Source of the DNA: Mobula hypostoma
Lineage: Eukaryota
Direction of reading: 5' to 3'
DNA length: 64,000 nucleotides
Assembly (NCBI RefSeq): GCF_963921235.1
Contig: NC_086097.1
Span: forward strand, 105,712,001 to 105,776,000
The notes beneath the pieces were generated by a model, which was given only the letters and a program-made list of their open reading frames with translations, searched no databases and was not told the origin of the DNA. Position numbers and translations under genes: made by a program. This document shows, in pieces, positions 53,215 through 64,000 of the stretch (within the stretch, counting starts at the first letter, position 1; each line of letters opens with the position of its first letter).

Positions 53215-54460
53215 GAAATAGGGGTATTCATTTCAAGTGTTAGCAAAACACTGTCAATAAGAACTTAAGAGCTTTTTGCACACTGTTCATATGTGAGTTG
53301 CTTGCTAAATGACACTTTAAAAATTTAAGTTTCCAAATATCTCACCATTTGCAAATTCGACAAAGAATTTTGTGCACAGTTTAAATTCCTTTGTGTGTTA
53401 GTAGCAAAAGATGTGTGTACGTGCATATGTGCACGCCTTAGAGAGAACATTGCTTAAGAGTTTCTTAAATGCTCTTAACACTTATAACACTTGGCAGGGT
53501 GTTCCACGCACTCACCACTCTCTGCGTAAAGAATTTGACTCTGACAATTATATTTTCCAACAACTTATCTTACAATTATGCCCTTTGTATTAGCCATTTC
53601 AGTCCTGGGGAAAAAGTCTCTAGCTGTCCACTCTATATATGCCTCTTATCATCTTTTACACCTTTGTCTCGTCATCTCTCATTCTCCTTTGCTCCAAAGA
53701 AAAGCCCTAGCTTGCTCAAGTTTATTTCCCCTCTAGTCCAGGCAGCATCTTAGTAATTCCGCTCTCTAAAGCATCCGCATCCTTCCTCTCAATTTCTTGA
53801 CGCATCTGCACCTGAAGTTCCCACAGACTATTTGGGGGCAGCCCCAGTATAGCACTACCAAGATTACCATCTCTTCTGTATTTCTAAGTTCTACCCTAAT
53901 GGCCTTGTTACATGATCCTTCTAGAATATCTTCTCTAAACACTGCTTATATGTCCTCCCTTATCAAAAAAAGCAACACCTCATCCACTTTTATCTGTTCC
54001 TCCGTCACACCTAAAGGAATATTGAGCTGCCAGTCTTGCCCTTCTCTTAGCTTTGTTTCAGTTATGGACACAATATCCTATTCAATAGAGGCAATCGATG
54101 CCCAGTTTACCTGTAAGCTCTGTGCATTGAAATAGGACCACTGTTTAAATTGTATCTATCTGCCCTTTTACTATAAGCATGCTATCATAATTGCTAGGCT
54201 CACACTCTTTGGTTGCCGCACGTGCCCCTGTCTTCTTACTGACTTGGTTATCTTGAGTTGGAACCCCTTGTCAATCAGGATTAAAGCCTCTGATGGTGAA
54301 ATTGCTGCATTTTCCTTTTACTTCAGTATTACTTATTCAAACATGGTGGATTGTCAACTGTGGTTTGAGTGTAAAACTTGTAATTCATTTTGCCATTTCC
54401 TGTTAACTCTACTTCTGTAAGTACTGATGATGCAAAGTTTATAATGAGTGCTGTGTATGA

Positions 54461-54571
<111 letters not shown>

Positions 54572-54647
54572 TAGAGTTCTTTATGTTTGGTTCCTTAGCT
54601 GAAAGTCTCAGTACACCTGTTTAACTCTCCTATTTGGCCTCCTGTAG

Positions 54648-54734
54648 CAACGATGGTATGGCTGGTTAACATGGCAGATGTTGATCCAGAGGCCAAGATA
54701 GACCCATCTAATGATTCTGGTTCTGAAGCTCACA
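54648..54734 (+). CDS. PSEN1: Presenilin-1 coding exon (exon 9 equivalent; endoproteolysis region), (S)TMVWLVNMADVDPEAKIDPSNDSGSEAH
   Basis: Boundaries are cctgtag|CAACG...CACA|gtgagt, length 87 bp. TMVWLVNMA is the PSEN1-type endoproteolytic segment. Confidence 0.93.
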
Positions 54735-57700
54735 GTGAGTATAGTTTATATGTTAAACTTTATACAGAACATTGAATTAAAATGGAGTAAAAGTATATAA
54801 AGCACTCAACTGGACTCCCCATGTAAATATTGTGACTGCTAGATGGGTTAAGGTGCAGTGTGTGACCAACCTGATGCCCCAAGGCCTTCCATCTTCCATT
54901 AGGCACAAGTCAGGATTGTGATGGAATAATCTTCACTAGCCTGTACTGCTCTAAGAAATCTCAAGAAGCCAGACACCATCCAGGATACAGCAGCCCATTT
55001 TGATTGGCACCCCATCCATCACCCAAAATGTTCATTCCCTGCACCCTAGTGCACTGTGACTATAGTGGTGTTCTTTCTGCAAAATGCACCCACTTCAACA
55101 GAACCTCTTGAAGTCACTGCCTCCCCTTATTGAGGGGAGCACCATTAACTGTTACAGGACCAGTGCTACGTCCATTGTTTGTCATCTATACCAGCAATCT
55201 AGATGATAATGTAAACTGGATCTGCAAATTTGCAGATGACCCCAAGACTGTGGGCATTGTGGACAGTGAGGAAAGCTATCAAAGCCTGCAGCAGGATCTG
55301 TACTGGCTGGAAGGATGGTCTGAAATATGGCAGATGGAATTTAATGCAGATACTGCAAGTGTGATGTGTTGCACTTTGGGAGGACAAAGCAGGGTAGGAT
55401 GTACACAATATCATTGAGGAGGGCCATAGAATAGAGAGATCTGGGAATACAGATCCATAATTCCCTGAAAGTGGCATCAAAGCTAGATAGGATCCTAAAG
55501 AGCGGTTCTGACACATTGACCTTCATAAATCAAAGTATTGCGTACAAGAGTTGAAAAGTTGTATTGAAGTTGTATAATATATCGGTGAGGCCTAATTTGG
55601 AGTATTGTGTGCAGTTCGGATCATCAACCTACAGGAAAGATGGCAATCAGATTGAAAGAACACAGAGAAAACTTACAAGGATGTTGCCAGGACTTGAGTT
55701 ATATGGAAAGGTTGAATTGATTAGGACTTTACTCACTGCTGCATAGGAGAATAAGAGCAGATTTGATAGACATCTACAAAATTATGAGTATAGATGAGAT
55801 AAATGCAAATGGGCTTTATCCACTGAAGTTGGGTGAGATTAGAACTAGAGGTCATGGGTTAAGGGTGAAGGATGAAATATTTAAGGAGAACCTGAGGGGA
55901 AACTTATACTGTCACTCACAACACACTGGAGGAAGTCAGCAGGTCAGGCAGCATCCGTGGAAATGATCAGTCAACATTTCGGGCTGGAACCCTTCGTCGG
56001 GACTGAAGAGGGAAGGGGCAGAGACCCTATAAAGAAGGTGGGGGAGGGTGGGAAGGAGAAGGCTGGAAGGTTCCAGATGAAAAACTAGTAAGGGGAAAGA
56101 TAAAGGGGTGGGGGAGGGGAAGCGGGGGGCGGGACAGGCAGGAAAGGTGAAGAAGGAATAGGGGGAAGCACAATGAGTAGTAGAAGGAGGCGGAACCATG
56201 AGGGAGGTGATAGGCAGCTGGGGGAGGGGGCAGTGTGAAAATGGGATAGGGGAAGGGAATTACTGGAAGTTGGAGAATTCAGTGTTCATACCCAGGAGCT
56301 GGAGACTACCCAGACGGTATATGAGGTATTGCTCCTCCAACCTGAGTTTAGCCTCATCATGGCAGTAGAGGAGGCCATGTATGGACATATCTGAATGGGA
56401 ATGTGAAGCAGAGTTGGAGTGGGTGGCTACTGGGAGATGCTGTCTGTTGTGGCGGACGGAGCGGAGGTGCTCGACGAAGCAGTCCCCCAATCTGCGTTGG
56501 GTTTCACCGATGTAGAGGAGGCCGCACCGGGAACACCGGATGCAACAGATGACCCCAACAGACTCACAAGTGAAGTGTTGCCTCACCTGGAAGGACTGTT
56601 TGGGGTCCTGAATGGTTGCAAGAGAGGAGGTGTAGGGACAGGTGTAGTACTTGCGCTTACAGGGATAAGTGCCGCGTGGGAGATCTGTGGGGAGGGACGT
56701 GTGGTCCAGGGAGTCGCAGAGAGAACGAACCCTGCGGAAAGGAGGATGGAGTGAGGGCCGAAGTGCAGGAAATGGAGGGTGAGGGCATCATTGATGACGG
56801 CAGAAGGGAAACCACGATCCTTAAAGAAAGAGGACATTTGAGATGTCCTGGAATGAAAAGCCTCATCCTGGGAGCAGATGCAGTGGAGACGGAGGAACTG
56901 GGAATAGGGAATAGCATATTTGCATGTGGCAGGGTGGGAAGAGATATGGTCGAGGTAGTTATGAGAGTCAGTGGGCTTATAGAAGATGTCAGTGGATAGT
57001 CTGTCTCCAGAGATGGAGACCGAGAGATCGAGAAAGAGGAGAGAAGTGTCTGAGATAGACCAAGTGAATTTGAGGGCTGGGTGGAAGTTAGAAGCAAAGT
57101 CAATGAAATTGACGAGCTCAGCATGGGTGCAGGAAGCAGCACCAATGTAGTCGTCAATGTAGCGAAGGAAAAGTTGGGGAGCAGTACCAGTATAGGTTTG
57201 GAGCATAGACTGTTCCACATAACCAATGTAGAGGCAGGCATAGCTGGGGCCCATGCGAGTGCCCATATCGACTTTGCTTCTAACTTCCACCCAGCCCTCA
57301 AATTCACTTGGTCTATCTTGGACATTTCTCTCCCCTTTCTCGATCTCTCGGTCTCCATCTCTGGAGACAGACTGTCCACTGACATCTTCTATAAGCCCAC
57401 TGACTCTGATAACTACCTCGACTATACCTCTTCTCACCCTGCCACATGCAAAAATGCTATTCCCTATTCCCAGTTCCTCCGTCTCCGCCGCATCTGCTCC
57501 CAGGATGAGGCTTTCCGTTCCAGGACATCTCAAATATCCTCTTTCTTTAAGGATCATGGTTTCCCTTCTGCCGTCATCAATGATGCCCTCACCCGCATCT
57601 CCTCCATTTCCTGCACTTCGGCCCTCACCCCATCCTCCCGTCACCACAACAGGGACAGAGTTCCCCTTGTCCTTCACCTACCACCCCACCAGCCTCCGGA

Positions 57701-57962
57701 TCCAGCACATTATCCTCCGCAACTTCCGCCACCTTCAACAGGACCCCACCACTAAGCACATCTTTCCCTCTCTACCCCTCTCCGCTTTCCGCAGGGATCA
57801 TTCCCTCCCCGACTCCCTGGTCCACACGTCCCTCCCCATGGATCTCTCACCCGGCACTTATCCCTGTAAGCGTAAGTGCTACACCTGTCCCTACACCTCC
57901 TCTCTTGCCACCATTCCGGGCCCCAAACAGTCCTTCCAGGTGAGGCAACACTTCACTTGTGA

Positions 57963-58180
57963 TACACATCAAAGTTGCTGGTGAACGCAGCAGGCCAGGC
58001 AGCATCTGTAGGAAGAGGTGCAGTCGACGTTTCAGGCCGAGACCTGACGAAGGGTCTCGGCCTGAAACGTCGACTGCACCTCTTCCTACAGATGCTGCCT
58101 GGCCTGCTGCGTTCACCAGCAACTTTGATGTGTGTTGCTTGAATTTCCAGCATCTGCAGAATTCCTGTTGTTTGCGTTTA
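57963..58180 (+). mobile_element. 218-bp fold-back Penelope mini-element nested in another Penelope
   Basis: A 13-bp TSD ACTTCACTTGTGA lies at 57950-57962 and 58181-58193. The arms are a perfect 81-bp inverted repeat (57964-58044 / 58053-58133). Confidence 0.92.
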
Positions 58181-58692
58181 ACTTCACTTGTGAGTCTGTT
58201 GGGGTCATCTATTGCATCCAGTGTTCCCGGTGCAGCCTCCTCTACATCGGTGAGACCCGACGCAGATTGGGGGACCGCTTCGTCGAGCACCTCTGCTCCG
58301 TCCGCCACAACAGACAAGATCTCCCGGTTGCCACCCACTTCAACTCTGCTTCACATTCCCATTCGGATATGTCCATACATGGCCTCCTCTACTGCTGTGA
58401 TAAGGCCAAACTCAGGTTGGAGGAGCAACACTTCATATACCGTCTGGGTAGTCTCCAGCCCCTTGGTATGAACATAGAATTCTCCAACTTCCAGTAATTC
58501 CCTCCCCCTCCCTTCCCCTATCCCAGTTTCACTCTGCCCCCTCCCCCAGCTGCCGACTACCTCTCTCATGGTTCCGCCTCCTTCTACTACCCATTGTGCT
58601 TTCCCCTATTCCTTCTTCACCTTTCCTAGCAGCATTCTCCTTCTCACCCACCCCCCCCACCTTCTTTAAAGGGCCTCTGCCCCTTCCCTTTC

Positions 58693-58730
58693 CAGTCCTG
58701 ACGAAGGATTCCGGCCGGAAACGTTGACTG
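58693..58730 (+). ncRNA. Minimal hammerhead ribozyme of second Penelope subfamily
   Basis: Sequence is CAGTC CTGACGA AGGATTCCGGCCG GAAA CGTT GACTG. Stem I is CAGTC/GACTG; stem II is weakened. Confidence 0.65.
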
Positions 58731-59421
58731 ATCGTTTCCACAGATGCTGCCCAACCTGCTGAGTTCCTCCAGCGTGTTGTGAGTGTTGCTTTGACCCCAG
58801 CATCTGCAGAGTGTTTTGTGTTACACTCAGAGGGTGGTGAGAATGTGGAATGAGCTGCAGAAGGTAATGGTGAATGTGGGTTTGATTTCAACATTTTAGA
58901 GAAATTTAGATAGTGCATGAATGGGAAGGGTATGAAGGGCTATGTGCGGGTTGAGGTGTGGGTTGATGACACTGGGCAGGCACTAGATGGGCCAAAAGCG
59001 CCTGTTTCTGTGCTCGTGTTCCATGAGAGTGAAGAATGTAATCATTCGATTGTACAACAGAGAAGGTCATGTTTTTGCTAGCTTCTTTGAAGAGCCAGCT
59101 GTTTAGTCACACTCCCTGGATCTCTTTCCAAACTTCTGCATGTTTTCCTTCTTGATAATTTACCCACCTGCTTCCAGTGTGTTCTAGATCACCACAACTC
59201 ACAGTTATATGCGATATTAGTTACATGGAAATATAATGGAGTGAGGTGTGCTCTGAGAGGCAGCAGAGAAGGAAACAGATGAAATATGAATATTAAGTTC
59301 TCTCTTCTGCTCCTTTTACCAAGTCTGTTGTTTTGAAATTAAAAGGAGTATGCTCATTGCTCATCCAAGCACACACAGATAACTGGTAATAATTTTGCTT
59401 CTTTCCATTAACTTCATCTAG

Positions 59422-59604
59422 AACTTGAGCTAAATCAGGCTTGTCCTGATAATAGTGCAATGGATGCAGATGATGGAGGCTTCAGCCGGGAGTGGACAGA
59501 GACCAGAGAGGCCAGGTTGGGTCCTATGGAATCAACTCAGGAAAGTCGTGCCACCGTGCAGGCATTGCCGAGCCCTCCAGTGGTAACAGAAGATCCGGAG
59601 GAGA
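59422..59604 (+). CDS. PSEN1: Presenilin-1 coding exon (exon 10 equivalent; cytosolic loop), (K)LELNQACPDNSAMDADDGGFSREWTETREARLGPMESTQESRATVQALPSPPVVTEDPEE(R)
   Basis: Boundaries are catctag|AACTT...GAGA|gtaagt, length 183 bp, in frame. DDGGFSxEW...LGP..ST.ESR..VQ.L...EDPEE is diagnostic of PSEN1 rather than PSEN2. Confidence 0.92.
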
Positions 59605-60019
59605 GTAAGTAACCACATCATTGGAAGGAGTAGATCATTATACTCCACCCGTCAGTCTTCCTGATCCAGCAAGTCAATCTTTTCATATAGCTCACTCCCT
59701 CTGTCTCCATAACCAGCAATGACACAGATATCAGTGTTTCTCCAATTCTGACCCTGTGAACATCATACTGCTCACACATATCAACGTTACCAGGGTATCA
59801 AAGAGTGGCTACAAGGATAGTTGAGACTAATTGAATAGGTGTGTTTAAGAGCAAGTTAGAAAGGGGAGAAAGAAGAAAAAGAAGTTGACTTATGACCACA
59901 GGCAGGCAGCTCATTTCTAAGCTGTAGATTTGTCTCATGGAGTCATGATCACAGAAGTGGGCATATCAGTTTTAGTCTTGGTTTGTCTTGTGTTTGTTTT
60001 GTGCATGCATTTCTAAATG

Positions 60020-60248
60020 TGTTGGGCAGGTGGCCAAGTGGTTAAGGCATTTGTCTAGTTACCTCAAGGTTGCTAGTTCGAGCCTCAGCTGTGGCAGCGT
60101 GTTTGTGCCCTTGAGCAAGGCACTTAATCACACATTGCTCTAGTCTGTGCGAGGAGTGGCGCCCCACACAGACTTCCAATCTGCGCCTTGTAAGGCATGA
60201 AAATGCCCGACGCAGGCCTCTCATGGTCTGAGTTGACATTCCCCTCCC
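60020..60248 (+). mobile_element. tRNA-derived SINE with CORE-like central block
   Basis: It has an A box TGGCCAAGTGG, a B box AGTTCGAGCC, and the block GTGCCCTTGAGCAAGGCACTTAA. A 12-bp TSD CATTTCTAAATG lies at 60008-60019 and 60249-60260. Confidence 0.85.
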
Positions 60249-60319
60249 CATTTCTAAATGACAATAAATAAGGGCTGAGTGTCCTCGTAATCTAATCAGC
60301 CCACCAATTGCACACTGGC

Positions 60320-61225
60320 CCTTGCATACCAGTTCTTCACTGCAAAATAAGGTTGATGATCTCAGAGCAAGGCTGCTGTATCAGAGGCAGATGAGGCTGA
60401 TCTCAATTGTTTGTTACATTGAGAATTGGTTAACAGTGAACACAGCTATCCGATTAGAAGGTTTTATGATTTTCAGAATGGATCGAACCTCGAATTCTGG
60501 TAAGGAGAAAGATGGCGGCATGTGCTTTTTCGTCAATTCTCATTGGTGTATGGACTTGTTCCCCTGACTTGGAACAGCTAATAATTAAATGTAGACCATT
60601 CTATTTGCATCGGGAGTTCTTATCTTTAATCCTGACCGCAGATTATATACCACCAGTGGCCAGTTATAAGCAAACACTCACAAAACTGCACAATGGTGTC
60701 TGCAGGCAAGAAACAGCCCATCCTGATGCATTTCAAATTATAATTGGCGACTTCAACTGGGCCTGTTTGAAGAAAATTCTACCAGCATGTAACCTGTTGC
60801 ATCAGAGGTCCCAACACACTGGACCACTGCTACACTACAAAAAAGGAATGCCAATCAATCCTGCCTGAGATTGCAATTTGGCTCTACTCCTGCTTCCTCC
60901 ATACAGTCAGAGCCTAAAGAGCAAGGCTTCAGAGGTCAAGACAACCAAGAGGTGGTTGCAGGAGGCTGAGAAACAGTTACAGGATTGCCTTGAGTCAGTG
61001 GTCTGGGCCGTGTTCAGCAACTCATCTGAGGACCTGAATGACTACACCGGGGTGATTACAGACTTTATTAGAACATCCGGACTAGACTGAAATCAACGAG
61101 GGATGCTTGACAGCTGTGGCAGGGTTTGAATGCCAAAACCTCCTACAAAGCTAAATCTTACGACTTAGGGGACAGCAGAGCTTCACTTCCAGATGAGCTC
61201 AATGCCTTCTATGCTTGCTTTGATC
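60320..61225 (+). mobile_element. Rex1/Babar LINE endonuclease-region relic
   Basis: Motifs seen are SLQNKVDDL, KCRPFYL.REF, YIPP, IIGDFN.A.LK and SLPDELNAFYA.F. Confidence 0.75.
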
Positions 61226-61228
61226 TTG

Positions 61229-62092
61229 GAAGTTTCAGGTGTCAGGGGTCATGGAGTGTGTGAAGTTACTATAACTGGAGAGAAGGTTCTTGGGGAAACT
61301 GAATGATCTAAATCCCCTGGACCAGATGGTGTATTTTCCCTTGAGGAAACCATACTGACTACAACCTTTTTTATCAAGTGCCTCCAAATACCCTCAAACC
61401 TCAATCTTAACAATCGACTCCAACATCTTCCCAACTACTAAGGTCAGACTAACTGGCCTATAGTTTTCTTTCTTCTGCCTCTCTTCTTGAAGAGCGGAGT
61501 GACATTTGCAATTTTCCGGTCTTCTGGAACCATTCCAGAACCCAGTACTCCTTGAAAAATCATTACTAATGCCATCACAATCTCTTTAGCCACCTCTTTC
61601 AGAACCATGGAAAACCTGTTGGAATTCTTTGAAGAAATAACAAGCAGGATAGACAAAGCAAATGGATTCTAGGATTGAATGGCTTGCCATATGAAGAGCG
61701 TTTGATGGCTCTGGGCCTGTATTCACTAGAATTCAGAAGAATGAGGGGTGACCTAATTGAAACCTATCTAATGGTGAAAGCCCTTGATAGAGTGGATGTG
61801 GAGAGGATGTTTGAGACATAGCCTCAGAATAGTGGGGTATCCTTTTAGAATGGAGATGAGGAAGAATTTATTCAGCCAGAGTAGTGAATCTGTGGAATTC
61901 TTTGCCACTGGCAGCTGTGGAAGCCACATCTTTATGTATATTTAAGGCAGAGGTTGATGGATTCTTGATTGGTCAGGGTGTGAAGGGATACAAGAACGCA
62001 GGAGATTGGGGCTGAGAGGAAAATTGGATCAGCCATGATGAAATGGTGGAGCAGACTTGATGGGCCGAATGGCCTAATTCTCCTATATCTTG
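61229..62092 (+). mobile_element. CR1 relic with internal inversion (61334-61610) and deletion
   Basis: Collinear with CR1 32200-32640 except for the inverted block. The CR1 tail is at ~62060-62092. Confidence 0.75.
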
Positions 62093-62357
62093 TTTACTTA
62101 CACGTAAGACTTCTGCACAGTACTGTAGTTTTCATGTGGTACAGTGTGCAAGAAAGCTGTTGCATTGAGCTATTCTGATCAGTATATGTGGAGTTTACAA
62201 TTCTTTTAATTTTGATGAAAACATTAAAGTAGGGGTCTTACAATTAAATGTTTACCATGCTGTTAGTTAATGCTGATCAGTTTTCTCCTTTCACTCTCAT
62301 TTTCCCATTTTTACTCACATGGCGTCAATGTTGCTGTCAATTTTTTTCCCGTTCCAG

Positions 62358-62476
62358 GAGGTGTGAAGCTTGGTTTAGGTGACTTCATATTCTACAGTGT
62401 TCTTGTTGGCAAAGCATCAGCAGCAGCAAGTGGAGACTGGAACACAACCCTGGCCTGTTTTGTGGCAATATTAATT
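62358..62476 (+). CDS. PSEN1: Presenilin-1 coding exon (exon 11 equivalent), (R)[39 protein letters not shown]
   Basis: Boundaries are ttccag|GAGGT...TAATT|gtgagt, length 119 bp. It carries the GxGD catalytic motif (Asp codon GAC at 62381-62383). Confidence 0.97.
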
Positions 62477-63080
62477 GTGAGTATGTTGCAGGCTGTTGCT
62501 GTATTGTAAATCTTATCATATGTAGAGTATAAAGTGGGTATGATTACAGGAGAGGGATCTCATTGAGCTACTTCACTATCTTGCCTGTGTTGAGTGTGTT
62601 TGGGAGTGGATTATCCTTGGCATACTCCCAGCTGTCATCTTTGTACTTTGATATGCTTTGCTCAATAATGGTATGATAGGATGTGAAATAATGGCAGGCA
62701 AGTGGAGTTGCCTCATGATCTAAAAAGGGATCCAGAGATTTCCCACTGTTCCTGTAACTTCCAGTGTTCCTGAGCTTTTCTTCCTCTTTAGTCTGGTGGA
62801 GACGGTGTGAGTAGACTCCTGACTAGGCTGGATTTGATCACATGCCTACACCCGCACTTTGGCTCTTCCTGCTTCTGCAGATCCTACAACACTGATGTGA
62901 AGGTGACAATAGATTCAGGCCATTATGTCTGAATCAGCCTCTCTAAAGCAAATTATCGGATAACATTGTTCTTTATGGCAACTGTCTGGTTCTTTCTTGC
63001 AATGACTGAGACATCCCGAAGTTGTGAAAAACAAGCCCTTTTTGTTTTCTGTTCCTCATTGTGTTTAATGGAGGGAGTGA

Positions 63081-63263
<183 letters not shown>

Positions 63264-64000
63264 GGCTGTCCTTGCTGTCGGGGAGATTACACTGTAAATC
63301 AGGTTGAGAACTGGAATAGAGACATTTTGTAATTGGTGTAACAATACAAGATTAGGGAAAAGAATGATGAATAGAACTCTGTGAATTATAATTTTCTACT
63401 CAATTCATCTTACTTCTAATTTAAAATCACAGTGACATCAGAAGAAAATCAACCTGGTGCATACTTTGTGTGAAAGTTTAACATCTGGTTGTAAAGAATA
63501 TCTGGAGAGCTTATCGAATGATCCTGTCTGCACTTTGCTTATAAATAGTCTCACAGTGCAATGACAGCAAATAGACTCCAAACATATTTTCTAACATGCC
63601 TCCAAATGTGGACTTGAAATATTACTTCACTAAGCTAGTTTAGTATTCTGAAATATTCTTATATTTCAGAAAGGTGGTGGCCTCTTCTCTGTAAACAGAA
63701 CTCTGTAAACTTTACTTCACCCTGAACTCAACTTATCCTTTCAAATTAAAAGAAAATCAGTTTGTAGTTTTGAAATGAAAACAGGAAATGCCGGGGACAC
63801 TGATGGTGGCTGTGGAGAGGGGGGTAGGGTTAAAGTTCCAAGTTGTCTTCTGCACCACATTTTGTTTTTATTGCAGAATTCTAGCAGCTGTACTGATGCT
63901 TTTTGTACTGATGTACTTTATTTTTTTAAACATTATAAATAAGACACTGTGGATTTTGTGATGTGTTTTGAAAAAATGCATACAAATGTATTGATCTTTT
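63264..64000 (+). other. Probable PSEN1 3' UTR (end not defined)
   Basis: AT-rich sequence directly after the stop codon. No clear canonical AATAAA was seen, so the transcript may run past the window. Confidence 0.6.

Larger units (their letters stand above)
47562..53452. mobile_element. hAT-type MITE (~340 bp of own sequence: 47562-47667 + 53221-53452) split by a CR1
   Basis: Perfect 15-bp TIRs CAATGTTCTCTCTAA (47562-47576) / TTAGAGAGAACATTG (53438-53452). An 8-bp TSD CTTAAGAG lies at 47554-47561 and 53453-53460. Confidence 0.9.
55913..58823. mobile_element. Penelope-like element as a large inverted pair (minus arm 55913-57266, plus arm 57267-58823) with RT C-terminus and GIY-YIG
   Basis: PLE RT motifs MGTRMGPSYA.L, FLRYIDD, FLDLSV, FYKPTD...YL...S.HP and IPYSQFLRL..ICS are present. 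GIY-YIG (VIYCIQCSRC.LLYIGET) occurs on both strands. Confidence 0.92.
55155..59020 (+). mobile_element. CR1 RT/3' relic (55155-55912 and 58824-59020) split by the large Penelope
   Basis: Motifs seen are CKFADD.K, WQMEFN and LEYCVQF. The host resumes at CACTCAGAGGGTGGTGAGAATGTGG. Confidence 0.75.

Noticed and set aside
56583..57755. 364-aa and 224-aa ORFs as novel proteins
   Set aside because: They are chimeric read-throughs across the Penelope inversion junction (antisense sequence fused to RT fragments).
60020..60095. tRNA gene
   Set aside because: The A/B boxes continue into a SINE body flanked by a TSD, and there is no proper acceptor stem or terminator.

Overview
Eukaryotic (vertebrate) genomic DNA containing the 3' two-thirds of a presenilin-1 gene (PSEN1) on the + strand. 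There are seven coding exons, equivalent to human exons 6-12 (3678-3745, 6130-6350, 54468-54566, 54648-54734, 59422-59604, 62358-62476, 63108-63263). All have GT-AG boundaries and consistent phases, and together they encode both catalytic aspartates (YD, GLGD) and the PAL motif. The repeat landscape is CR1/Rex1/Penelope-rich, which suggests a cartilaginous fish; this is an inference only. Intron 7 is 48.1 kb, while the next intron is only 81 bp. The introns are packed with mobile elements: many CR1 and Rex1/Babar LINE relics, a full-length L1 with a 15-bp TSD, a young RTE, Tc1, Harbinger and hAT MITEs, an internally deleted Helitron with intact termini, and tRNA SINEs. The most striking system is a set of Penelope-like (GIY-YIG) retroelements. 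They carry minimal hammerhead ribozymes and repeatedly insert as fold-back (inverted) structures, including a 218-bp mini-element with a perfect 81-bp hairpin and a 13-bp TSD. A five-level nested insertion stack and two micro-inversions can also be resolved. Coordinates were read by eye, and repeat boundaries without a TSD are approximate.
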